Positions 1 through 12,623 of a DNA stretch of 64,000 nucleotides are shown here, in pieces. A program made the translations under genes and the position numbers. The DNA comes from Mobula hypostoma. Lineage: Eukaryota. A model generated the notes under the pieces. It was not told where the DNA came from, did not search any database, and was given only the letters and a program-made list of their open reading frames with translations. The first letter of the stretch is position 1. The number at the start of each line of letters is the position of its first letter. The stretch lies in contig NC_086108.1 in the NCBI RefSeq assembly GCF_963921235.1, positions 70,310,001-70,374,000 of the forward strand. Direction: 5' to 3'.

Positions 1-339
1 TTGCTTAGCTGTTTAAATGAATTTGGAGGATCTTGCAAAAACTGTATTGATGTTACTTTATCAGTGCTTTAGATGCCTACCATAATTAGTCTAGGTTTCA
101 GACGCACATGAAAGAGCAAGGATCATTGCTGCCTGGCTGACTATGATTCTGAAGTCTCAACCTTCAAGTATCCTTTCCTCCTTCAACCAAAGGTTGTGCT
201 AATTCATTAGTGGTAGTGAATTTTATTATCAAAGCTAGTCTTCGCTGAGATTAAGATGTGGATTATTTTGTTAGGGATCAATTTGGTGCAGCAGGAACAG
301 GCTGTATAAGCCTTTTGCATTTTGAGTGTCAGGCCCGAT

Positions 340-510
340 CTCTTGTACTCTTTGTTTTCCTATCTGACGCCAGACTTCCAAGGCAAATGCTCTATTCCAA
401 GCTCTCATGGGAAGAGATTATCAGCTGGACAGAGGAAACAATTCATGGATATGTTCAAAGACATCTTAAAGAAATTCAACCTCTCCTAGCAATTTTTGAC
501 TCATGACTGC
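340..510 (+). mobile_element. Old RTE-clade LINE ORF2 3' fragment
   Basis: DARLPRQMLYSKLS...GQRKQFMDMFKDILKK resembles the RTE ORF2 motif D.RLPKQ.LY.EL...GGQRKRFKD.LK. Confidence 0.55.
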
Positions 511-544
511 TGAAATTGGATTAGCTGAATTTGAAACAGAAGGT

Positions 545-1660
545 TCTACAGAAGATGGAAATCCAGAGCAACACACACAAAATGCTGGAAGAACTCAGCA
601 GGTCAGGCAGCATCTATGGAGAGGAATAAGCAGTTGGCGTTTTGGGCTGAGACCCTAAAGGGAGGACTGGAAAGGAAGGGGGAAGAAACCAGAATATTTA
701 AGCATGGGGAGGGGAAGGAGTGCGAACTAGAAGGTGATGGGTGAAGCCAGGTGCGTGGGGAAGGGGGTAATGAAGGAAGAAGCTGGGAGGTGATGGGTGG
801 AAAAGGTAAAGGGGTAGAGAAGAAGTAATCTAATAGGAGAGGAGAGTGTACCATGGGAGAAAGGGAAGGAGGAGGGTCACCATGGGGAGGTGATAGGTAT
901 GTAAGGGAGAGCCAGTGTAGGGATTTGGAGAAGGGGAAAGAAAAATAATCAGAATGAGGAATCAGTGTTCATGCCATCAGGTTGGAGGCTACCTTGGTGC
1001 TCCTCCATCCTGAGATTGGCCTTCCCTCATTGTGACAGAAGATGAAGCCGCGGACCAACATGTCAGAATGAGATTGGTGATAGGAATTAAAATGGTAGGC
1101 CACCAGGGAATCCTATTTTTTTGCGGATATAATGAAGATACTTGGCAAAGCAGACTTTCAAGCTACGTCAGGTCTCACCAATGTAAAGGAGGCCACATCG
1201 GGAGCACTGGATACAGTAGACGTCCCCAAAAGATTGACAGGTGCAGTGATGCCTCATCTTGAAGTTCTGTCTGAGGCCCTGAATGGAGTTGAGTGAGGAG
1301 GTGAATTGGTAGTTGTAGTACTTCTTACAGGAATAAGTGCCAGAAGGAGGATTGGTGGGAAGGGATGAATAGTCAAGGGAACCACGGAGGGAGCGATCCC
1401 TGTGAAAAGTGGGGGGGGGGGAGTTGTGGGGGAGAGATTAAGATGTTTGATAGTAGGGTCCTGTTGAGGATGATTGAGGTTGCAGAGAATGATGTGATGG
1501 ATGCAGAGACTCATGAGCTGACAGGTGAGGACAAGAGAAACTCTCTGCATTAAGGTGGTGGGAAGAATGGATGAGCATGGATATCTGGAAAATGGATGAG
1601 ATGCAGTTGAGGGCAGTTTCAATGGTTGTTAGTAGAATTTGGGATGGGATTAAGAACCTC
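545..1660 (-). mobile_element. Decayed Penelope-like element (GIY-YIG region and 3' tail)
   Basis: Colinear similarity to the better-preserved copy at 2048-3570, including the pyrimidine-rich tail and a decayed hammerhead motif at 631-669. Confidence 0.8.
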
Positions 1661-2047
1661 CAAGGCCATGAATCAGGAATACACAAAAGGCTCTGTAAGT
1701 AGTAGATGGAACATAAACAGCCCATTGTCTGCTCCATCAGCTAACACTGGTTCTGTTTGATAGAAGAGTCTGCTGTTTACACATTGGCCCCACAGGACTG
1801 AGTAGAAGCAACTCACCTTTGATCCCTAAAGACTTACTGGGAAGAAGTATTGTTAAAGTTCAAACTACATTTATTATCAAAGTACATATACTATATACAA
1901 CCTTGATATTCATCTCTTTACAGGCAGTCACAAAACAAACCCATTACAATCAATTTAAGAAAAATATTAAACCCCCAATGTGCAGGGGGAAAAAAGAAAC
2001 AAATTGTGCAAATAATATAAGTATGCAAATAACATTCAGAACTGAAA

Positions 2048-3570
2048 GCAAGACACATAAAAGTTGCTGGTGAATGCAGCAGGCCAAGCAGCATCTCTAG
2101 GAAGAGGTACAGTCGATGTTTCGGGCTGAGACCCTTCGTCAGGACTAATTGAAAGAAGAGCTAGTAAGAGATTTGAGAGGGGGAGGGGGAGATCCGAAAT
2201 GATAGAAGAAGACAGGAGGGGGAGGGATGGAGCCAAGAGCTGGACAGTTGATTGGCAAAAGGGATATGAGAGGATCATGGGACAGGTGGCCCAGGGAGAA
2301 GGAAAGGGGGAGCGGGGAAGCCCAGAGGATGGGCAAAGGGTATAGTGAGAGGGACAGAGGGAGAAAAAGGAGAGAGAGAAAAAGAATGTGTGTATAAAAA
2401 TAAATAACGGATGGGGTACAAGGGGGGAGGTGGGGCATTAGCAGAAGTTTGAGAAGTCAATATTCATGCCATCAGACGGAATACAAGGTGTTGTTCCTCC
2501 AACCTGAGTGTGGCTTCATCTTTACAGTAGAGGAGGCTGTGGATAGACATATTAGAATGGGAATGGGATGTGGAACTAAAATGTGTGGCCACTGGGAGAT
2601 CCTGCTTTCTCTGGCGGACAGAGCGTGGTGTTCAGCGAAACGATTTCCCAGTCTGTGTCGGGTCTCGCCAATATATAGAAGGCCGCATCGGGAGCACTGG
2701 ACGCAGTATATCACCCCAGCCAACTCACAGGTGAAGTGTCGCCTCACCTGGAAGGACTGTCTGGGGCCCTGAATGATAGTGAGGGAGGAAGTGTAAGGGC
2801 ATGTGTAGCACTTGTTCCACTTACAAGGATATGTGCCAGGAGGGAGATTGGTGGGGAGGGATGGGGGGGACGAATGGACAAGGGAGTCGCGTAGGGAGCG
2901 ATCCCTGCGGAAAGCGGGGGGGAGGGAGGGAAAGATGTGCTTAGTGATGGGATCACGTTGGAGGTGGCGGACGTTACGGAGAATTAAATGTTGGTCCCGG
3001 AGGCTGGTGGGGTGGTAGGTGAGGACAAGGGGAACCCTATTCCTAGTGGGGTGGCGGGAGGATGGAGTGAGAGCAGATGTGCATGAAATGGGGGAGATGC
3101 GTTTGAGAGCAGAGTTGATGGTGGAGGAAGGGAAGGCCCTTTCTTTAAAAAAGGAGGACATCTCGTTCGTCCTAGAATGAAAAGCCTCATCCTGAGAGCA
3201 GATGTGGCAGAGATGGAGGAATTGCGAAAAGGGGATGGCATTTTTGCAAGAGACAGGGTGAGAAGAGGAATAGTCCAGATAGCTGTGAGAGTCAGTAGGC
3301 TTATAATAGACATCAGTAGATGTGCTGTCTCCAGAGATTGTTCTGTCACAGAACGATCTAGAAAGGGGAGGGAGGTGTCAGAAATGGACCAGGTAAACTT
3401 GAGGGCAGGGTGAAAGTTGGAGGCAAAGTTAATGAAGTCAACGAGCTGAGCATGCGTGCAGGAAGCAGCGCCAATGCAGTCGTCGATGTAGCGAAGGAAA
3501 AGTGGGGGACAGATCCCAGAATAGGTTTGGAACATAGATTGTTCCACAAAGTCAACAAAAAGGCAGGCAT
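2048..3570 (-). mobile_element. 5'-truncated Penelope-like retroelement (RT C-terminus plus GIY-YIG endonuclease)
   Basis: ORF 2984..3547 carries FLRYIDD (RT catalytic motif). ORF 2472..3161 carries GVIYCVQCSRCGLLYIGETRHRLGNRFAEH (GIY-YIG). Frameshifted. Confidence 0.93.
2111..2146 (-). ncRNA. Minimal type-I hammerhead ribozyme motif in the Penelope element tail
   Basis: Minus strand reads AGTC-CTGACGA-AGGGTCTCAGCCC-GAAAC-ATC-GACT: stem I AGTC/GACT, CUGANGA core, stem II GGGU/GCCC, GAAA, UC cleavage site. Minimal stem III. Confidence 0.8.
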
Positions 3571-6500
3571 AAGCTCACATAAGTGAGTTCACAGCCACGA
3601 AGCCAGTCATCGCTGCAGCCAGTCCAGGAGCCCATTAGTGGCAGGCCACAGCCTCAGTTCAGCGTAAACCTTGCTGAGCAGCAAGCTGAACACCAGCCCA
3701 TCCTTCTCCTTCAGCCCTGATACCCTGAACTTCTCTATCTGGCCCGGTGCTTAAATTGACCAAACTGTGGGTTGTTCCTCGCTCTTGGTCATGGGCCCTG
3801 CTGCCTCGAATCTGCCTTACCTTGGTATTACCACTTTGAATCGCCTCCTTGTCCACTCCAGCAGTGGCCAAACATTGGCTCATTCCCCACTCTCAAACCT
3901 GGCCCACCACCTGATTTGGCCCTTGCATGTAACGCTGCAGCCATCCTGCACCTTCGAGTCTTCATTTTACAGCACAAAAACGCCAGGTCATACAGGCGGT
4001 TCAAAAGCTCAACTTTGAAATGGAAGTTGCAAACTATTGATTGCAGTGATCATCTCCAACGAAAAGTGTAATTAATAAAGTAGTTAATATTTGTGCTTGC
4101 TGCCAGCAAATCGCCACTGTGCTTCACCAGCAGCATCTTACACCTGATGGAAATCTACGAAGTTAATTCCAATTCAATAATTTGACCTGAAATGTTAACC
4201 TATAAAATATCTGGAGATATATAAGAATTATATCAAAACAATTCATTACTTTGTTATAAATATGTTTGCAAAAAATTTGAGACCAGTTTAATGCCTTTTT
4301 ATTTTATATACAGGGAGTAGCTCTTGAAATTAACATGATTTTTTTCCTTGATGAAGTCACTAAAACATGAAAGATCTTTTTTATGTTATGTTGATAAGTG
4401 TAGCTATGTTTGGCTGCAGCTTCTCTATCTTTTCCCCAAATAATGTCCAGTGTGAACTACTCAGATCTAAATTGCATGACCTTGTGCTGCCTGTTTTGAA
4501 GCTGTTTCCCTTTGCTTTTTTTTCTTTGTTAGATGTTATTTCCTGCTCCCATCCACACAGATTGTTTATCCTAGTTGAGTATTATTTAAAGACTTGAATA
4601 TGTAATATCGCCCTTCTTTGTCCAGATGACGTAATATAAGAAATTAAAACCAATTAAAATTTTATTTTTAACAAGATTGATCTTGTGATTTTTGGCATCT
4701 CATGGTGAACATTTTATTATAGAGCATTATAGAGCCACATAGCAACAGCACATTCATCCCCTGCTAATTTCATTTTCTTCAGTTTCATTAACTCTGCTAA
4801 AATGCTACCACTCTCATAGGTCAGTTGGCTGCAAATTGTTCCCTATGTCAATCAACTAATTTCTTGGGATGTGGGAGGAACCTAGAGCAGCTCGTGAGTG
4901 TGTACAAACAGCACTGGAAGTCAGGAATGCACGGTATTCCACAGCAGTGCAGTTATGCTGGAGAGATCGAAGTGCAGATTGAAAAGAAACTTACAGAGAA
5001 AGACTACATTACTTGCTGTATATTCTTATGAATTTACAGACAGTTCAAAGATTAACTAAGGATTTGTTATGTGCAATCCATTTTACAAATTACCTTTTAA
5101 TTCTTTTTTCTTTAATTGATCCATATTGTGAAACTTCGTTAAAATTCTTCTAACAATCGATATAGTTGATCTGTTGCAACATCTTAAACAAACCAAAGTC
5201 ATCAACCACAAAAGCCAGAAATGAAGTACCATTTATATAGGTTTGTCTATTCTAATAGAAAAGATCTTTCAGTAACCCCATTCCTAAAGATCAGTTTCTG
5301 TGGTTTCCCACATAAAATTATGCTAATGCTACACTGAAACTGTTCTTAGATTAGAGCTAAAATCAGAAAGTTACCCCAAAGTTAAATACTTACAAAAATA
5401 TAAACAATAATACCGTTAGTTATTTAATTTAGAAATGTAGTGTATTGCTTTATTTCTGAAAAAAAAATCTCATAAATTCATACATTCTGAAATGTAACTT
5501 TAGGCAAACCGCAAAGTTACATAAATCTGCTTGAGAGTTTGAAACAAATTCGTCAGAAGTTCCGTTCATGATCATCATACAGTCATTACTTTGAAATTTC
5601 ATCTATTTTATTTTGTGCCTCAATCTCATATCATGCTAGTGAAAGAGTAAGGTCCAGTTCTGAATACATTGGCTGTTCAATTTAATCAGTGGAATTTTCA
5701 GACAGGTAGGATGACTAACTTTATCTGAAGAAATCAGAATTGTAATGCAGTTTTTATAATCTGTTGACCTGTAATATGACATTCCAAGAAGTGATTGTGA
5801 CTTGTACTCCATATCAGAAATAGCAAAAAGAGAAGAACTGCTATGAAATAAAAGACCAGATAATCAATTTTTAACCATTTGCTTGGATATCAGGAGAATT
5901 TTCCTGTTGCCCTTTAAATAGTGTCATTATCTGTATCCATGTGAGGTCACATGGGACCTTGTTTTAATGATGTAATGCTTGATTGGAAAGAGTGCTACAG
6001 TTATCCTATTGTAGTACTCTAGGGTATTCAAGTTGTTGTAGTGTAACTTGAAACTATAAGCCGCCTTAATTGGTCAGTTGTGTTACTCGTGATTAATGGC
6101 CTACACTGTGTCATATTCATTCAGTGATAAAGTACTCCTTAGCTATGCATAAAGTCAACCGTGTGCAAGTATAAAACCTATTACTTTTTTTTAAATTTTA
6201 TTTTTATTTGGATAAGGAATTCACAATTATCATGTACTTTTTCCACACATATAACCTTTTCCATTTTTTTATATGTATAAAACTACAATTATTTATACAT
6301 TCTTAAGTACACATTGAGATGATATAAAAGGAAAATAAACATTTAAATAGATAATTATGGACTGTGGTAAATCTAACCTATTAGGTTAAGTAATGAAATT
6401 AGTTGTTAAGAAAAATGGTAATAATAGTTTCCATACAACCCTTCTGGACCATTTCCACTGGTCCAAAATGTTGCATACAAGCCTATATACCAACCATTGT

Positions 6501-6775
6501 AGGTGTTTATATCCCAATTTGTTCGTGCTTGTTCCTGCCCGCAGACATAATTATCCAATCCCTATGTACTTATTTACTTAATTTTTTCATTTTTTTATCC
6601 CTTTCCCAAATCTTTCCCTTTACTTGTGTTAATTCTCTATTTTCCAAAAAAAAACAAACATTTAGACTAGGGGTGCTTACGTTAGCAATATTACTGTGTT
6701 GATGAGAAGAGCAATATAAATCATTAGGAGAGTCATCTAAAGTCTGCTCGCATTGGGGTTGTATATTCAATCCAT

Positions 6776-9700
6776 TTATTCCAGATTTGATAAAATGTTT
6801 CTTTTTGAGTTCTGGGAGTAAGTCAACTTTTCCATTTTAAATATTTCCAAGATAATTTTGTACCAATCTTCTAATGTAGGTGGTATTGGATTTAGCCATT
6901 TTCTAGTGATTGATTTCTTACTTGCCGCTAAGAGGGCCTGCAGCAACTTTATATCTTCCTTCTGTTCAAGGAACAATACATGCCCCAAATAGAGCGTCTC
7001 AAAGTTCAGAGGTATCTGGGACCTAAGTACCTTGACTAATGTTCTATGAATACCTTCCCAAAATAGACTTAATTTAGGGCAATCCCATAAAATATGAAAA
7101 TGATTTGCCTCCTTGGAGCCGCACCTTCTCCAACACATCACATTTGTATCTTTATATTTTTCCTGATATGGGGTCTTGAAGTATCTTATAATGTTTTTCC
7201 AACAATGTTCTCTCCAAGTCAAAGAATTAGTCGAGGACCATTGAAAGCTGCAGATTTTCCCCCAAGCCTCCTCTGAAAGTACCAACCCCGCTTCTTTCTC
7301 CCACTTCTCTTTAATATACAGTGTATTTACATTTTTAGCATGGGAGAGTGCATTATATAGGCGAGAAACTGATTTACTAGGTATTGAACTGCAAGCCGAA
7401 TTCAGAATCTTGAAAAATTCTAATTCTACTGTTGATAGGTCTGTATATCTACAACTCTGGTTAACATGGTTTCGTATTTGAAGGTACCTAAAAAAGTCAT
7501 TATGTTCTAGGCCATGTTTGTCCTGCAGGATTTGGAAACTTTGTAATACTCTTTTATCTATAAATGAGAGGTAGGTTGTAAGACATTTCTTTATCCATAG
7601 CTCAAATGTTTTATCTCTTCTGTTGGGAAGGAATTCGGTATCATATGCACACCATCTAAAGAGTTTTAACATGTTATTAATTCCACATGAATTAACCACC
7701 TTCTGCCATACTTTTAATGTAAGATTTATCCAAGCATTATTAAATTTTTCCAACTGGGCCATCAATCCTTTGTCAGCTATTGAGGCCTGAAGAGGAAAAC
7801 TGTCAACTAATCCAAATTCTATTTCCTTCCACCTAGCCTTATATTCCCTATTACACCAATATAACAGAGGGGTTATCTGTGAGGCATAAAAATAATTTCT
7901 CAGGCAAGGAAGAACCATACCTCCTCCTTCCTTCCCTAACTGTAAGGTGTTATATCGAATTTTAGGTTTCCTTCCTTGCCAAATGAAGCGGGAAATCCAT
8001 TTGTCCCATTCCCTGAATTGATTATCATCCACCTCCACTGGTAAAGTACGGAAAAGATATAATAACCGAGGAAGAATATTCATTTTTTTTTATAGTATTT
8101 ATCCTTGAATTTAAACTTAAAAAGGGGATAAGATTCCATCTATGCATATCTGCTTTTATCTCTGAGATTAATGGCCCATAATTTACCTGTGACAGTGTTG
8201 AAAGATCCTTCGGCAGGGTTATTCCTAAATATTTTAATGATTTAGCTTCCCACTTAAGATCGTATGTATCCTGCAATTTTTTGGATGGTGTATAATTTAG
8301 GGACATAACCTGCGTTTTCTTTACATTTATTTTATAACCTGATATTTTCCCAAAGTCATCCAACAGTGTAAACAATCCTATAAATGATTTTTCTGGTTCA
8401 CTCAGATAGACCAAAACATCATCTGCGAATAACGCCACTTTCTGTTCGATCCCTGCCACCTTGATACCTTTTACGATTTCGCTCTGTCTTATTAGTTGGG
8501 CAAGTGGTTCAATATATAGCACAAAAAGGAGAGGAGAAATTGGGCATCCCTGTCTAGTGCCTCTCTCTAAAATGAAGGAGTCAGAGAGGTCCCCATTTAT
8601 CTTAATTCGGGCTGTAGGGCTGTCATATAGAGTCTGAATTACTTTAATAAACCTTTCTTGAAAGCCGAATCTTCCTAACACTCTGTATAGGAATGCCCAA
8701 CTAACTGAATCAAAAGCTCTCTCAGCGTCCAATCCTACTACCATTGTCTCTGTCTCGTTCTTATTAACCTGTTCTAATATGTGCAGAGTTCTCCTTATGT
8801 TGTCCTGTGTTTGTCTTTGTTGAATAAATCCAGTCTGGTCTAAATGGATTAGGCCAGGTAAAAGCTTTTCCAATCTGCGCGCTAATATAGATGTAAATAG
8901 TTTGTAATCTAAATTAAGAACACTAATTGGCCGATAATTGCCACATTCTAGTTTATCTTTACCCTCTTTAGGAATAACTGAAATAATCGCTTCTCTCCAG
9001 GAAGGTGGAGTTTCTCCTCTCTGCAAGATTCAATTAAAGGTGTTAAGTAGTAATGGGGCTAACTGTGTCTTCAGGGACTTGTACCACTCTGAGGTAAACC
9101 CATCAGAACCCGGGGACTTTCCAGCCTTTAACCTAGAGATGGCCACGTTCAGTTCTTTGACAGTTACTGGTTCTAATAAACTTTCATTTTGTAAATCTGT
9201 AAGTTTAGGTAGATCTAAAAATCATTGCCCGGGGTTGGGAGTACAGCTCTCGATAATATGTTTCAAAACTCTCTTGAATTTTCCCTATTGTACTCTCCAC
9301 AAGCTTTGTCTTTGGATTCTTTATTTTATGAATTGTATTGTCTGCTTGTTGTTTTTGTAATTTATATGCTAATAATCTAGCTGATTTACCTCCTACTTCA
9401 TAATTCTTTTGTCTCAGGTAAAGAAAATTTCTTTGAGTTTCCAACGTATAAATATCATCAATTTCACTTTGCAATTTCCTAATTTCCTGTTTTCGATTTG
9501 AATTACTTTTGTTGCTATCTACAACTTGAAGTTGTTTTAATTTTCCTTGAAGGTCTGCTAATTTTTGTGCATTGATTTTTTTCATGTGAGTAGTAATGGA
9601 AATAATTTTCCCTCTCAGTACAGCTTTCAATGTATCCCATAAAATCACTGGTGATGTTTCTCCCGTGTCATTAAGGTCTAGATATTCTTTGATTTCTCCC

Positions 9701-10494
9701 CTTAATCTCTCCATTACTTTCGGGTTATTGAGTATATGTGAGTTTAGCCTCCATAGTGTTTTCCTCATTTTCCTTTCCAGGATTAGAGACATAGAGACTG
9801 GGCTATGATCCGACAGATCAATTGTTGCAATATTACAGTTTTTTATCCTGAGTCTATCTGTATTAAAGATAAAGAAATAGTCTATCCTTGAATAGGCTGA
9901 ATGAGGGAAAGAGTAATATGTATAATCTTTACTAGTAGGGTGTAATTCCCTCCAGACATCTATAATTCCCAACTCCTCCATCAATGAATTCACTTTCCGA
10001 GTCAGAGGTTTATTCTGAGTAACTATTCTTGAAGAATCTAATATAGGATTTAATCTAATATTAAAATCCCCTCCACAAATTACTACCCCTCGAGAACTGA
10101 CCATTAGGTCAAAAATGTGTCTATAAAATGACCATTCACTACCTGGAGGAGCATAAACATTCAGCAATGTTATTTCTGTACCTTCTATTCTTCCTGTGAT
10201 TTTTACAAACCGTCCTTCTTTGTCTCTAGTCTCTGAAATATGTTCATAATTAAGAGTACTTGATATTAAAGTAGCTACCCCTCTTTTGTGACTCAATTTA
10301 TATGATGAATAAAATACATGCTTAAAGCCCATTCTTTTTAATTTTCCATGTTCAGATTGGCTCATATGTGTTTCCTGGAGGAAAGCTATTTGTGCCCTCT
10401 CTTTTTTCAATTTAGACATAATCTTATTTCTTTTAATTGGATTCAAAACCCCATTAACATTATAGGAAATTATTTTTACCAATTCAGTTTGCAT
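6776..10494 (-). pseudogene. L1 ORF2p (APE endonuclease, RT, Cys-rich C-terminus), broken near 9225, 8085 and 6815
   Basis: SYNVNG, LQETH, GGDFN, SDH (endonuclease); RQGCPISP, LFADD (RT); CWRRCG...HILWDCP (C-terminal domain). Confidence 0.95.
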
Positions 10495-10856
10495 TTTTCT
10501 CTAGTAGACAAAAAGCACTCTCCTTTTCTAACCAAACAGTAAGCAATCCCTTCTCAACAGTAAACCAAGACATATAACCACACCCTAGACATTTCTGAAC
10601 GTATAACATTTGAAAATTTTTCCCGACTTCCCACAGTGAGGCCTGAGCACCGACCCGCCTCAGTTCAGAGGGATAACCTCTATCTTCACCCTGTGTTAGA
10701 GGGCCCTCAGCAGTTTGAATAATCATAGAGAATTTTCTCCTATTTATGTCTCGACCATATTGCTATCATTCAAGTTATTCCGCCTAGTTTATTTTCAGTT
10801 ACCAGTTTTCATTTTACTTTTAAGTCCGATTTACTCTTTTCAGTCATTTCTCTTAA

Positions 10857-11842
10857 TTAATCTGTATTGTCTGTACATTCGCGTCTGAATATTTGCAGCT
10901 TTTCCTTGTAGTTTGACACTCTGGTTCGAGTGGAGCGTCCTCGCCCCACTAACTGCCACGACTTCTGCCGAATCCTCTCCAGTAGCGACTCCGGTTGGGT
11001 GATAACTTTAATAGGTAGTCCCCGGTCCGCCAGGTCCAACGTTGCCTCCTCCACCGTAGCGTAAGTTTTTGTCCCTTCGTCGTAAAAGACTCTCAGCCGA
11101 GCTGGATACAGGGTCTGGAATCTGATGTTGTTTTCCTTCAGGACTCTCCGTGTTTCCGCATATTCCTTCCGTCTGGCAAGAATCCCCGGTGCGTAGTCGT
11201 GGTCTAAACTGATTTTGCAGTTGTTCCACATGAAACCTTTCTTTTGCCATGCTCTTTTAAGCACCTCTTCCTTCGTTCTGTAACTGAGAAATCTGATCAG
11301 AATCGATCTGGGCTGGGCGCCTGCCGGAGGCTATGGTACCAACGCGCGGTGAGGCCTTTCTATCTGTAGTCTTTTGCGGCCGGTATATCAAGGTTCTCTC
11401 TAAGCAGCTTCTCCACGAAGGGAATCATCAATCCGGGTTTACCTTCGGTTCCTTCGGGAACTCCGTAGATCCTCACATTTTCCCTTCTCGAGCGGCCTTC
11501 TTGATCTATTAGTTTCCACTGGAGCTGGTCTTGTAGCTTCAGCATTTCTGCTATCACTTCCTCTGCGTTTTGTAGCTTCTCTTCAATTCCAACAATCCTC
11601 GCTTCGGCTTCATCTATCCGCGAGTTAGTTTTTACTATTTCTCCTTTAATATCTTCCAGCTGTTTGCTATTATCTTGTCGGAACTCGCGAATCTCTCCGA
11701 GAATCAAAGACAGAGTCACCGATTCCCCCTCATTACCTCCGTCCTGGCTTGCCGTGGGGGAGCTAGGCCCGTCGCCTTGCTGCATCTCTTTATGTTTATC
11801 AGCCTTCGAAGCGGACTTTTTATTCTTGTTCTTAGACATCAT
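10857..11842 (-). pseudogene. L1 ORF1p (coiled coil, RRM, CTD), frameshifted near 11355
   Basis: EGRSRRENVRIYGVPEG and RFQTLYPARLRV are L1 ORF1 motifs, split across two ORFs. Confidence 0.9.
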
Positions 11843-12523
11843 CCTTGCCCCTTTTATTAATATAGTTATGCAATATTAAGTATTTGTCTAAATTCGATTT
11901 TGGGGCAGTTTACCTTCTTTTTTGTCGAGAGACCTTTTCCTTACGCCGCCATTCCCTTGATGACCCGGAAGTCCCCCCATAAAACCTATTACATTGTCAA
12001 ATTATACACTCCAGGATAGAATTTTAAAAGCAGAATGTCTGATACAGCATTTGAACCTATGTAGTTTCTTATGTTAGTTTCAAAAATACTTAACCAAGAA
12101 GTCTGGAAATGAGATATTTCTGAATGGTAAAACCACACTATTGCAGATACAACCTGAAGTTTAAAGCAAAAAAAACACTCTGAAAATAATCTGTTAGTTG
12201 AGCAGAGTCTGTGGAGGACATAGAAAATTAATTGACCTGAAATGTTGACTTTCCCTCAATCCACAGCTGCTGTGTTCAGTTGTTTGGAGTGTTCAATTAT
12301 ACCTGCAATACACTGCCCCTTTTTTGGACTTAGTGTCTCTTGGTACCTTTTATTATACTTCCAAAATAATTTTGTCTTTGTTATGCTTTATATAAGTTAA
12401 AATGAGCATAATGATAGAATAAATTTTTATGTCTTTGTTTACTTTTTGATAAATTAAAATTTAATAAATTTCTAATAATTTTTTGTGTAAACACCTTTTT
12501 TGACATTTTTTTTTATTTTGTAG

Positions 12524-12623
12524 GTTTTCTGTGCAGCTTGTTGCAGCCTGAAGTACAAGCTAAGTTATATGGATATGAAGGAAGCTCGAGTTTGTGTAAC
12601 TTGCCACTCTGTTCTAACACGTT
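12524..12623 (+). CDS. ZFYVE9: ZFYVE9/SARA coding exon: C-terminal half of FYVE zinc finger (VFCAACCSLKYKLSYMDMKEARVCVTCHSVLTR)
   Basis: Polypyrimidine tract plus tag acceptor and gtaag donor; 100 bp, phase 0 to 1. FYVE motifs CxxC and RVCxxC. Closely matches human SARA as I recall it (VFCASCCSLKCKLLYMDRKEARVCVICHSVL). Absent from the ORF track. Confidence 0.96.

Larger units (their letters stand above)
6185..11978 (-). mobile_element. Full-length L1-clade LINE (~5.8 kb), disabled by a few frameshifts
   Basis: 14-bp TSD ataaaacctattac at 6171-6184 and 11979-11992. A-rich tail. 5' end GGGGGGACTTCCGG. ORF1 and ORF2 both present. Confidence 0.97.

Noticed and set aside
2472..3547. RT plus GIY-YIG nuclease, as a retron or defence-like module
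   Set aside because: This is the standard architecture of Penelope-like retroelements.
4367..6170. Short ORFs and a possible additional exon in AT-rich sequence
   Set aside because: No SARA-like peptide or convincing splice-flanked frame; the preceding FYVE exon appears to lie upstream of the window.
12551..12559. Cys-to-Tyr difference (SLKYKL versus recalled human SLKCKL) in the FYVE exon
   Set aside because: The position lies outside the CxxC zinc-ligand pairs, which are intact.
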